Shown here in pieces: positions 8,900 through 17,173 of a stretch of 20,000 nt of DNA. Below the pieces are notes generated by a model, which worked only from the letters and a program-made list of their open reading frames with translations, had not been told where the DNA came from and did not search any database. The stretch's first letter is position 1; each line of letters begins with the position of its first letter. Both the position numbers and the translations under genes were made by a program. The DNA is taken from the sequence record SRR2962707_5461; one strand, given 5' to 3'.

Positions 8900-9777
8900 A
8901 GGGTTACTCCTTCTATTATCACGTCATCAGTGGCTTCTTGTTCTCCTAAATAGACTTCAATCACATCTTTGTTGCTTTGGATTTGATCCATTGTGCCTTC
9001 TGCGAGCACAGACCCTTGGTGCAATACCGTTACTGTTTTGGCTATGCTGCGGACAAACTCCATATCGTGCTCTACGACAATCACGGTACGTTCCCCCGCC
9101 AGCGAGGTGAGTAACTCGGCGGTGCGTTCGGTTTCTTGGGGGGTCATTCCCGCGACTGGCTCGTCGATCAATAAAAGCCTAGGATCTGATACAAGTAACA
9201 TGCCAATTTCGAGCCATTGCTTTTGCCCATGGGACAAAGCCCCCGCCAACATAAAGCGATGTTTGGCAAGGCCGATGATGTGAAGCACATTATCAATGCG
9301 GTCAATCTGTGTGGGGGTGAGTCTGGAAAAGAGCGTTGGTAATACGCCTTTATCGGTTTTTAGTGAGAGCTCTAAGTTATCAAACACGGTTTGCTCTTCA
9401 AACACAGTGGGCTTTTGGAATTTTCGGCCTATGCCCAATTGCGCGATTTCTGCTTCGTCTTTATTGAGCAGGTTTTGGTTTTGCCCAAAAAATACGCTGC
9501 CAGAGTCGCATTGGGTTTTGCCGGTTATGACGTCCATTAGGGTCGTCTTGCCAGCCCCATTGGCCCCGATCAAACAGCGTAACTCGCCATCGTTGATGTA
9601 GAGGTTCAAATGGTTTAATGCTTTAAAGCCATCAAAGCTTAAGTTCAAATCTTCGACGTACAAGATCACGTTTTTATCGACGTTGACCTTAGCGTTCGCA
9701 GGAGCAAGAAAAGGCCAGACCTGATCAGGACGAAATGTCTCGCGTAAGCTATTTAGGGAATGGTGAAGGGCGCTCAT
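8896..9777 (-). CDS. urtD: Urea ABC transporter ATP-binding subunit UrtD
   Basis: GANGAGKTT, GIGRKFQKPTVF, LSHGQKQWLEIGM, DEPVAGM; 4-nt overlaps with both neighbours. Confidence 0.95.
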   Translation of the reverse strand: MSALHHSLNSLRETFRPDQVWPFLAPANAKVNVDKNVILYVEDLNLSFDGFKALNHLNLYINDGELRCLIGANGAGKTTLMDVITGKTQCDSGSVFFGQNQNLLNKDEAEIAQLGIGRKFQKPTVFEEQTVFDNLELSLKTDKGVLPTLFSRLTPTQIDRIDNVLHIIGLAKHRFMLAGALSHGQKQWLEIGMLLVSDPRLLLIDEPVAGMTPQETERTAELLTSLAGERTVIVVEHDMEFVRSIAKTVTVLHQGSVLAEGTMDQIQSNKDVIEVYLGEQEATDDVIIEGVTL

Positions 9778-10907
9778 GCGTTAGACTCCTTAGTTGGTTG
9801 CGGGCGGCGTTTTTCCATGAGTTGGGTGTATAACCCAACGATGCCTTTGGGCAAATACAGGGTGACTAAAACAAACAGGCCGCCTAGAGCGAACAGCCAA
9901 GCTTCTGGTAAAATAGCGGTAAAACGGGTTTTCGCGTAGTTCACTAAAAGCGCGCCTATTACAGCACCAATCAAGGTGCCGCGGCCGCCAACCGCCACCC
10001 ATATCACCATTTCGATCGAGTTGATTGGGGAAAACTCACCCGGGTTAATAATGCCGACCTGAGGCACATACAGAGCCCCTGCGATACCGGCAATCACCGC
10101 AGAAAAAACGAATAACCAGACTTTGTAACGATCGGTTCGATAGCCAATAAAGCGAGCACGAGATTCGGAATCACGTATCGCTAAGACCACCTTGCCAAAG
10201 CGGGATGAGAGGATTTTCCGGCTGATCACGAACACCAGAGCCAACATCAAGGCGGTAATGGCAAACAAACTCACTCGGGTGGTGTCGGCTTGCAAACTAA
10301 AGCCGACAATGTCTTTGAAATCGGTTAAGCCGTTATTGCCACCAAACCCCATTTCGTTACGGAAGAAAGCTAGCAACAGAGCGTAAGTGAGCGCTTGCGT
10401 CATGATTGACAAATACACCCCTGTCACCCGAGAACGAAACGCCAACCAACCAAAAATAAACGCCAATAATCCTGGCACCAGAACCACCATGATCATGGCG
10501 AACCAGAATTGGTCCATCCCATGCCAAAACCAAGGCAGCTGTTGCCAGCCTAAAAACACCATGAAATCAGGTAGATCAGGGTTGCCATAAGCGCCACGGT
10601 CGCCGATTTGGCGCATTAAATACATTCCCATGGCGTAGCCACCTAAGGCGAAAAACGCCCCATGTCCCAAACTGAGAATGCCGCAATACCCCCAAATGAT
10701 ATCGACGGCCAACGCCAGCATGGCGTAACACAAATACTTGCCCAATAAGGTGATGGAGTAAGTACTTACATGCAAGGCGGAGTCGCTTGCTAGGTAGAGG
10801 TTGGACAAACACGCCAGTGCCGTCACTGCTAAGAGGATGATCACAAAGGGCAAGGTGTGTTTGCCTGAAGTACGACCCGCTGAAAAATATTGCGTAATAG
10901 AGCTCAT
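9774..10907 (-). CDS. urtC: Urea ABC transporter permease UrtC
   Basis: WGYCGILSLGHGAFFALGGYAMGM, LPDFM, FRSRVTGVYLSI, GGNNGLTDF. Confidence 0.95.
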   Translation of the reverse strand: MSSITQYFSAGRTSGKHTLPFVIILLAVTALACLSNLYLASDSALHVSTYSITLLGKYLCYAMLALAVDIIWGYCGILSLGHGAFFALGGYAMGMYLMRQIGDRGAYGNPDLPDFMVFLGWQQLPWFWHGMDQFWFAMIMVVLVPGLLAFIFGWLAFRSRVTGVYLSIMTQALTYALLLAFFRNEMGFGGNNGLTDFKDIVGFSLQADTTRVSLFAITALMLALVFVISRKILSSRFGKVVLAIRDSESRARFIGYRTDRYKVWLFVFSAVIAGIAGALYVPQVGIINPGEFSPINSIEMVIWVAVGGRGTLIGAVIGALLVNYAKTRFTAILPEAWLFALGGLFVLVTLYLPKGIVGLYTQLMEKRRPQPTKESNA

Positions 10908-12547
10908 TCTGCGGCCCTCCCTTTTTGTGGAAAGAGTCCTTTAGGACGTTTTTGGATGAATAAAATGATGAACACCAACACCAAAATGGTGGATAAAACC
11001 GCGCCAGTCATAGGCTCAAGGAACTTGGTGGCAATGCCCAAACTGAAGGCGGCGACTAGGGTGCCGAGCAGGTTGCCCACGCCACCGAAGACAACGACCA
11101 TAAAGGAATTAATAATGTAATCCTGACCCAGATTCGGCCCCACATTCGTGAGCTGACTCAGCGCCACACCAGCGATGCCTGCGATGCCAGAACCCAGACC
11201 AAATGTCATGGCGTCTATCCAATTGGTTTTTACCCCCATGGCTTTGGCCATGTTGCGATTTTGGGAAACCGCGCGCACGTTTAACCCCAGTGAGGTTTTC
11301 TTTAGCACCATCACCAGTGCGAAAAAAACCAACAAAGAAAACGCAAGAATGTACAAACGGTTCATGGTTAACGACAGTACAGGGTTAATTTCCCACGAGC
11401 CGCTCATCCAACTGGGGGTAGACACTTGGCGGTTTAATGGCGAGAAGATGGTGCGTACCAATTGCTGCAGAATCAAACTGATACCAAAGGTCGCCAGCAA
11501 GGTTTCCAGTGGGCGGCCATGCAAATGGCGGATGACTAATCGCTCAATTAATATTCCTACCAAAGCAGACACTAAAAATGCCGCCGGAATCGCTACCCAA
11601 ATGGAATAGTCGATGTAATTTGGCATCATCAATTGCACCACATAGGTGGTGTAGGCACCGAGCATAATCATTTCGCCGTGGGCCATATTGATCACCCCCA
11701 TGACGCCAAAAGTAATGGCCAGACCAATCGATGCCAGCAATAAAACAGAGCCAAGGCTCAAGCCAAAAAACAGCTGATTCAAAAAGCCAAAGCGTTCTAC
11801 TCGCTGAGTAATTTTTGTCAACGCAGCCTGTGCAGCGGCTTTAATGTCCGGGTTGTCTTGGTAGGTAAGCTGATTGAGTTTATTGCGCACCGTCGTTTCT
11901 AGGCTACCGGATAGGCGCTCAATCGCGGCAATGCGAGTTGAATTTGGTAACTCGGTTTGCAAAGCGGTATTAATCGCCAAAGCCAAGCCCATTTCTTCTT
12001 TTACTTTGGTATTTGACTCGCTTGAGTAGAGTCGCTCAATCGTCGCGACTGTGTCTTCGTCAAGACTGGAAAGCAGCGCTTGAACGGCCCCTCGGCGTAC
12101 TTCGGCAGAGTGAGAGGTTAGCTGAATGCGGGCGATGGCATTGCGTAAATAGCCCCGCAAACGGTTATTTACTTTGATTTTAGACACCGCTTTCTCGCTA
12201 AGATTGGCGATTAATTGTTGGCTAAAAATTCCTCGATAAGCGTCTTGGTTCTCGACTTCAATCCGTTGGACGAGTTGTTTGTTGGCTTTAATAAAGTACA
12301 AATCTCCATTCATCATGGTACGAAACAGCGGCAGCATAGACTCATCGCTGTTGGCCTCGATGGCTTTTAACACGGGCAAGAGTTTGCTGTATTTCACTTG
12401 AGTCAGTTTCAGCATTAAAGGGGCGAGTGCGGCGGGTGGCTGATTAACAGACAGGCTAGCGGGTGTTGACGATTCTGCGCTATAAGCCTGCAAGGATAAG
12501 AGGCCAAAAAGACAGCAGCAAAGTGCAATAAAGTGTCTCAAGGTCAT
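10904..12547 (-). CDS. urtB: Urea ABC transporter permease UrtB with N-terminal periplasmic extension
   Basis: C-terminal GLAITFGVMGVINMAHGE and GRPLETLLATFG. Start moved to ATG 12547 (GGAG immediately upstream, signal-peptide-like N-terminus) because the longer ORF begins across a terminator hairpin. Confidence 0.93.
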   Translation of the reverse strand: MTLRHFIALCCCLFGLLSLQAYSAESSTPASLSVNQPPAALAPLMLKLTQVKYSKLLPVLKAIEANSDESMLPLFRTMMNGDLYFIKANKQLVQRIEVENQDAYRGIFSQQLIANLSEKAVSKIKVNNRLRGYLRNAIARIQLTSHSAEVRRGAVQALLSSLDEDTVATIERLYSSESNTKVKEEMGLALAINTALQTELPNSTRIAAIERLSGSLETTVRNKLNQLTYQDNPDIKAAAQAALTKITQRVERFGFLNQLFFGLSLGSVLLLASIGLAITFGVMGVINMAHGEMIMLGAYTTYVVQLMMPNYIDYSIWVAIPAAFLVSALVGILIERLVIRHLHGRPLETLLATFGISLILQQLVRTIFSPLNRQVSTPSWMSGSWEINPVLSLTMNRLYILAFSLLVFFALVMVLKKTSLGLNVRAVSQNRNMAKAMGVKTNWIDAMTFGLGSGIAGIAGVALSQLTNVGPNLGQDYIINSFMVVVFGGVGNLLGTLVAAFSLGIATKFLEPMTGAVLSTILVLVFIILFIQKRPKGLFPQKGRAAE

Positions 12548-12633
12548 GCTCCATGGAATAAGTAGTGGCAAGGTTTCTTGCTGGTGGGCCTGCTCCTTAT
12601 TCTTGCGTAATTTCAACAAGAAAGTACGAGTAG

Positions 12634-12669
12634 AAAAAGGGACTCTCTGCACTGTGTGACAGAGAGTCC
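12634..12669 (-). terminator. Intrinsic terminator-like hairpin between urtA and urtB
   Basis: Minus strand GGACTCTCTG-TCACACAGTG-CAGAGAGTCC-CTTTTT (10-bp perfect stem plus U-run). Confidence 0.75.
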
Positions 12670-12751
12670 ATACCACCCTGGGAGAGGTTAGTTATTGGTA
12701 TTAAACCGCTTTTTGAAGATCAACCCTGATCATCGACGGTTTAGGAATTGC

Positions 12752-14032
12752 TTAGTTTTCGCCAGAACATTTCTTCGTTACCGTGTTGTAATGACCGCAA
12801 TTGATCGGCGATGTCCAATCGGCAATGACGTTCTTAGAACTTGGCAAATAGTCCGACCAAGAATCCCCAGGAACCGTACTGTCGGTTTCCCAAACGGTTT
12901 CAAATTGACCGTCATCTTGGATCTCACCGATAAGAACCGGTTTGCTTAGATAATGGTTTTTATTCATCGTCGCCATACCGCCAGTCAGGTTCGGAAATTT
13001 CTGACCTATCATGGCTTTTTCAACCGCATCCACATCCGTAGTTCCGGCTTTCTTCACTGCATCAACCCACATATTGAAACCAATGTAAGTGGCTTCCATA
13101 GGGTCGTTTGTGACCGCTTTAGGGTCTTTTTTATAGGCTTTCCATGCTTTGATGAAACGCTCGTTTTCTGGCGTATCGACGCTTTCAAAGTAGTTCCAAG
13201 CCGCTAAGTGACCTACTAATGGTTTTGTGTCTAGACCGGATAATTCTTGCTCACCAACCGAGAATGCAACCACAGGAATGTCTTCAGAAGAAATACCTTG
13301 GTTGGCTAATTCTTTGTAGAAAGGCACGTTGGCATCACCATTGATGGTAGAAACCACCGCGGTTTTTATGCCTTGGCTACCGAACTTCTTAATTTGCGAG
13401 ACAATAGATTGCCAGTCAGACTGACCAAATGGGGTGTAATTCACCATGATGTCTTTGGCAGGAACGCCTTTCGATTTTAAATAGGCTTCTAGAATCTTAT
13501 TTGTAGTACGTGGGTACACATAATCGGTACCGGCCAGAACGAAACGTTTCACACCCAAATCGTTCATTAGGTAATTAACCGCAGGGATCGCCTGTTGGTT
13601 TGGCGCCGCTCCAGTGTAAAAGATGTTTTTAGACGACTCTTCCCCTTCGAATTGCACCGGGTAAAACATCAGCCCATTGAGCTCTTGAAGAACAGGAAGC
13701 ACCGATTTACGAGACACAGACGTCCAGCTACCGAAAATCACATCTACCTTGTCTTTGCTGATCAGCTCGCGGGCTTTCTCCGCAAACAGCGGCCAGTTAG
13801 ACGCAGGGTCAACCACCACAGGCTCGATCTGTTTGCCAAGCAAACCGCCTTTCGCGTTCTGCTCTTTAATCAGCATCAGAACCGTGTCTTTTAGCGCGCT
13901 TTCAGAAATCGCCATGGTGCCAGAAAGAGAATGCAGCACGCCCACTTTGATCGTATCTGCGGCCCATGAAGGCACAGCAACCAGCGTGGCGCCCGTTAAT
14001 GCTATCGCGGAAACTAACGTCTTAATCTTCAT
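12752..14032 (-). CDS. urtA: Urea ABC transporter substrate-binding protein UrtA
   Basis: Signal peptide, IKVGVLHSLSGTMAISE, DPASNWPLFAEKA, WTSVSRKSVLP, GTDYVYPRTTN, STINGDAN; first gene of the urt-ure cluster. Confidence 0.96.
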   Translation of the reverse strand: MKIKTLVSAIALTGATLVAVPSWAADTIKVGVLHSLSGTMAISESALKDTVLMLIKEQNAKGGLLGKQIEPVVVDPASNWPLFAEKARELISKDKVDVIFGSWTSVSRKSVLPVLQELNGLMFYPVQFEGEESSKNIFYTGAAPNQQAIPAVNYLMNDLGVKRFVLAGTDYVYPRTTNKILEAYLKSKGVPAKDIMVNYTPFGQSDWQSIVSQIKKFGSQGIKTAVVSTINGDANVPFYKELANQGISSEDIPVVAFSVGEQELSGLDTKPLVGHLAAWNYFESVDTPENERFIKAWKAYKKDPKAVTNDPMEATYIGFNMWVDAVKKAGTTDVDAVEKAMIGQKFPNLTGGMATMNKNHYLSKPVLIGEIQDDGQFETVWETDSTVPGDSWSDYLPSSKNVIADWTSPINCGHYNTVTKKCSGEN

Positions 14033-14100
14033 TGTTGAGTCTTCCTATCGGTTATCTTTTAATGAGTAAGCAAACTCAGTATCCATAGAAAACCAAAAGA

Positions 14101-14144
14101 AATGTATCCGCTGAATGACCCAGAGGGGTACGTCATTTGACGTA
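14101..14144 (-). promoter_or_regulatory. Palindromic operator TACGTCA-AA-TGACGTA and candidate -10 (TACATT) of the urt-ure operon
   Basis: Perfect 7-bp arms at 14129-14144. Minus-strand TACATT at 14106-14101 places the palindrome centre at -42.5. Confidence 0.65.
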
Positions 14145-14363
14145 TAGGTAGGGTGGTCTTTAGGCCAATAACTCATGCCTTTGTGAATACTAGAATCGGT
14201 TAAAGTCGAAATGATCGGTGACATTTTATCTTTAAGGCATAACCGAGGCCGGTGGCCGTAAAGCGGCATCAGTTCATAATGAAATGCTATCGAGTGTAAA
14301 AACAGGTAGATTAAATGCATTATGATACTAACGCTGGATTTTGATTTTCAGAGGAATTCTATT

Positions 14364-15008
14364 TTGTACCAACTTTATTATTATCCGAATAATGCGAGTT
14401 TAGCCGCGCATTTTTTGCTCTATCACATGGGGCTAGATTACGAGCTGTTATTGGTTGATAGGGACGCTAACTTGCATAAGTCATCGGAGTATTTGACGCT
14501 GAATCCAGCGGGTCGTATTCCAACTTTAATTGATGATGGGCAGGCTATTTTTGAAAGTCCAGCCATCTGTATTCACTTGTGTGAGCAGCACCCTGAGCAT
14601 GAGTTGATTCCGGCACTAGGTAGCAAAGAGCGGCCCTTGTTTTTCCAATGGTTGGCTTATTTAAATAACACGCTACAAGCTGAGCTGATGGTGCGATATT
14701 ACCCTCATCGACACACAACCGATGACAATAGCATACCGAATATCATCGCCGCACAAGATGAACTCATTGCCTCGGCGCTTGGGGTTATTAATGATCAATT
14801 GGCGGACAAAGAGTATTTATTGGGCCGTCAGATTAGCGCCTGTGATTTCTTCTTATTCATGTTAGCGGAATGGGCATTGCCGATAGAAAAATCACCAGTC
14901 ACCTTTCACCATTTAGCCGCCTATTTGAAGCGCTTGAGCTTGCACCCGACGATTAAAGCGGTCTGTGAGATGGAAGAGATAAGCCTTGAGCCATTTGAAA
15001 TTGGCTGA
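14364..15008 (+). CDS. Glutathione S-transferase family protein (beta-class-like)
   Basis: YYYPNNASLAAH, LNPAGRIPTL, FESPAI and C-terminal YLLG..ISACD. Start moved to TTG 14364 (GAGGA at 14351-14355). Confidence 0.92.
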   Translation: MYQLYYYPNNASLAAHFLLYHMGLDYELLLVDRDANLHKSSEYLTLNPAGRIPTLIDDGQAIFESPAICIHLCEQHPEHELIPALGSKERPLFFQWLAYLNNTLQAELMVRYYPHRHTTDDNSIPNIIAAQDELIASALGVINDQLADKEYLLGRQISACDFFLFMLAEWALPIEKSPVTFHHLAAYLKRLSLHPTIKAVCEMEEISLEPFEIG

Positions 15009-15258
15009 TCAACACCAAGCAAGGGTAAACGCGTCCTAGTGGAGCAAAATAACCCAAAATGTTGAACGGTATTCTCAAGTGGATTATGGCGCTGCTTGAG
15101 TTTGTCTTTTGAGTGTGGGTGAGCATTAGGAAGGCTTAAAGCCCTGTCATATCAAGCGGTTGTGTTTTAACCGCCGGTTTGATGTCGGGTCAAAAATACC
15201 CTATTGTTCATCTGACTTTTCTCCACCTACCCATCTGCTACTTTGGCGAATACGATTT

Positions 15259-15855
15259 ATGACGACACATAAGACAAAAGGTTTTTCTCCTTCTTGTGAT
15301 AGAAACAAACAATCGATTCTTGAGCGCCTTTGTGTGCATTTTAAAGCGTGTAAGCACGTGCTTGAGATTGGTTCTGGTACTGGGCAGCATGCGGTGTTTT
15401 TTGCTGAGCATTTGCCCCATTTGATGTGGCACACGAGTGATATGCTCGACTACCACGGCAGTATTCAGGCTTGGATGGCGGATGCAAATTTACCGAACCT
15501 TGTTGCACCTATTGAGTTTCATTTTGGGAAACAGGCTTGGCCAAGGTTGGATCTAGATGGTGTTTTTACGGCGAATACCACGCACATTATGCCCCGTGAT
15601 GCGGCTCAATTGATGATGCAAACGATCGCGACCCAGTTAAAATCGGGTGGCGTGTTTTGCCAATACGGGCCGATGAATGTGAATGGAGAATACACCAGTG
15701 AAGGGAACCGAGAATTTGACCAGCAGTTACAGCAAAGTGGCTGTGGCGGTATCCGTGATCTGGCCGAGTTGGTTGAATGGGCCGAGGGTATGGAGTTAAC
15801 AGAACAGATAGCCATGCCTGCGAATAACTTCTTGCTGGTCTGGAAAGTGCGTTAA
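15259..15855 (+). CDS. DUF938 family SAM-dependent methyltransferase
   Basis: SPSCDRNKQSIL, VLEIGSGTGQHA, YGP...TSEGNREFD, GIRD, MPANN. Start moved to ATG 15259. Confidence 0.9.
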   Translation: MTTHKTKGFSPSCDRNKQSILERLCVHFKACKHVLEIGSGTGQHAVFFAEHLPHLMWHTSDMLDYHGSIQAWMADANLPNLVAPIEFHFGKQAWPRLDLDGVFTANTTHIMPRDAAQLMMQTIATQLKSGGVFCQYGPMNVNGEYTSEGNREFDQQLQQSGCGGIRDLAELVEWAEGMELTEQIAMPANNFLLVWKVR

Positions 15856-16029
15856 TTTGAGTCAAAAACGCAAAGAATGAAGGCACCAATAAGCAAAAGA
15901 TCAACAAGCCCTGCGTTATGTTTTTACTGTGTTGTAGACACTATAGGTTAGCGAGGGGCTTAGTTTTTTACGCTTAATCAGGTGTTACTCTGCGTATTTA
16001 TCCGCCGCCCCCTGCTAGGTTTACTCTTC

Positions 16030-16968
16030 TTAGAATGGGGCTACTTCGTCATAAGCGACTTGTGGCGTTGACCAGCGCTGGCGTGGGTCTAGGGTGGTTT
16101 GTGCGCCCGCTAATGGAATCTGCCCACGATCACCGTACAGCCAAAGAACAAAGTTTGTGCGAGTCCCGCTGGTGATAGGGTGAGCCGCGTGGGGAACATT
16201 TCCACGATGCAACATGGCAACGCCAGGTTGGAACCTAAGTTGGTTCGTTTTGCCCGTTGCCGTATCGTAAAAATCGACTTCAGACCCAGTATAGGTCTCT
16301 CCTGGTAAGTTCAGGTTTACGTTCAGTGTTGCCGCAGACGCGTCCGTATGAGGTCGAAGTGATGTGTCCATACCGGCTTGATATTGGATGGAAAAACCAA
16401 ATGTTTGAGTGTCATAACCGACTATTTCAGGAAACAAAAGTCGTGCGATTGGGCGCATGTAGCGATCAAGCAGTTCCCGATAAAATGTCTGGAAATTTGG
16501 GGCCGCAAGAAAGCCTTCTGAGCGTGGGTCGAGCATAGCGCCATGACGATTCAGTGCGATGCCATAAGGTGCGCGCATAGGAATTTTGGCGTCTGCGATA
16601 TTTTCTAAGTAATCTCGTAATTCTGCGAGGCGCTCAGGATCAAAGAACTGGCACATGAACACATTCGCAGAGACTTCTTTCCAGAGAGCTTGCACTGCGG
16701 ATTCTTTGCTCGGGTCTTGCCATGCTTGTTCAACCGCATCGCGTAGGTTTTTATCCAGTAGCGAGGCGTCAGGAATAAACAGAGAGTCTTGGTGGTTATT
16801 TTCCCACTCTTGCCACGCTTCACTAAGCAGGCTGTTATTGCGGTTCCAAAACTGTTGGACAGATGGCGCACGGTTTAACGTTGCCTCTCGTGAAGGCAAA
16901 TCCAAGGCGCGAGCGCGTTCTAATGAACTCACTGGGTTTGTTTGGTTAAAAGTAGCGGTATTGTTCAT
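16030..16968 (-). CDS. 2OG-Fe(II) oxygenase superfamily protein
   Basis: HxD...H triad (LRPHTDAS...VPHAA) and a 2OG-binding Arg (GTRTN). Start moved to ATG 16968 (GGAG upstream). Confidence 0.88.
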   Translation of the reverse strand: MNNTATFNQTNPVSSLERARALDLPSREATLNRAPSVQQFWNRNNSLLSEAWQEWENNHQDSLFIPDASLLDKNLRDAVEQAWQDPSKESAVQALWKEVSANVFMCQFFDPERLAELRDYLENIADAKIPMRAPYGIALNRHGAMLDPRSEGFLAAPNFQTFYRELLDRYMRPIARLLFPEIVGYDTQTFGFSIQYQAGMDTSLRPHTDASAATLNVNLNLPGETYTGSEVDFYDTATGKTNQLRFQPGVAMLHRGNVPHAAHPITSGTRTNFVLWLYGDRGQIPLAGAQTTLDPRQRWSTPQVAYDEVAPF

Positions 16969-17173
16969 GTCGCTGTCTCCTGAAATGCAGCTAAGTCGTT
17001 TTGACTTTGATAATGGGGCCAATTTATTACATCTTACTTTGTAGATAAACAGGCCTTATAAAGAGACAGAGTTAAGTATTTCTATATAATCTCAATGTGA
17101 CCTCCCCCTGCTCAGAGACGTTTGTCTGTGCGAGAAAGAAAAGGGGAACCTCAGTTAAGATGAGGGCTACAGT

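Noticed and set aside
12566..12582. Sigma-54-like TGGCAAGGTTTCTTGCT on the + strand
   Set aside because: GG-N11-GC spacing (needs N10) and antisense to the operon.
2256..14069. Many 60-166 aa ORFs overlapping the urt/ure genes, mostly on the + strand
   Set aside because: Antisense or alternate-frame shadows of well-conserved genes, with no family motifs.
14069..14085. Sigma-54-like TGGATACTGAGTTTGCT upstream of urtA
   Set aside because: GG-N11-GC spacing is one base too long and the -24 element is poor.
14045..14320. 91-aa minus-strand ORF upstream of urtA
   Set aside because: Runs through the divergent promoter region and the palindrome; no RBS or motif.
14033..14340. Guanidine or other riboswitch in the urtA leader
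   Set aside because: No recognisable aptamer consensus or expression-platform terminator; the cargo is a canonical urease system.
15934..15951. GTAGACACT half-site matching the TetR operator
   Set aside because: Second half-site matches only 3/6 and the site lies between convergent genes.
16008..17112. 9-bp direct repeat CCCCCTGCT (16008-16016 and 17104-17112) flanking the oxygenase gene as a possible target-site duplication
   Set aside because: A 9-mer match between two intergenic regions is plausible by chance; no transposase, integrase or terminal inverted repeats.
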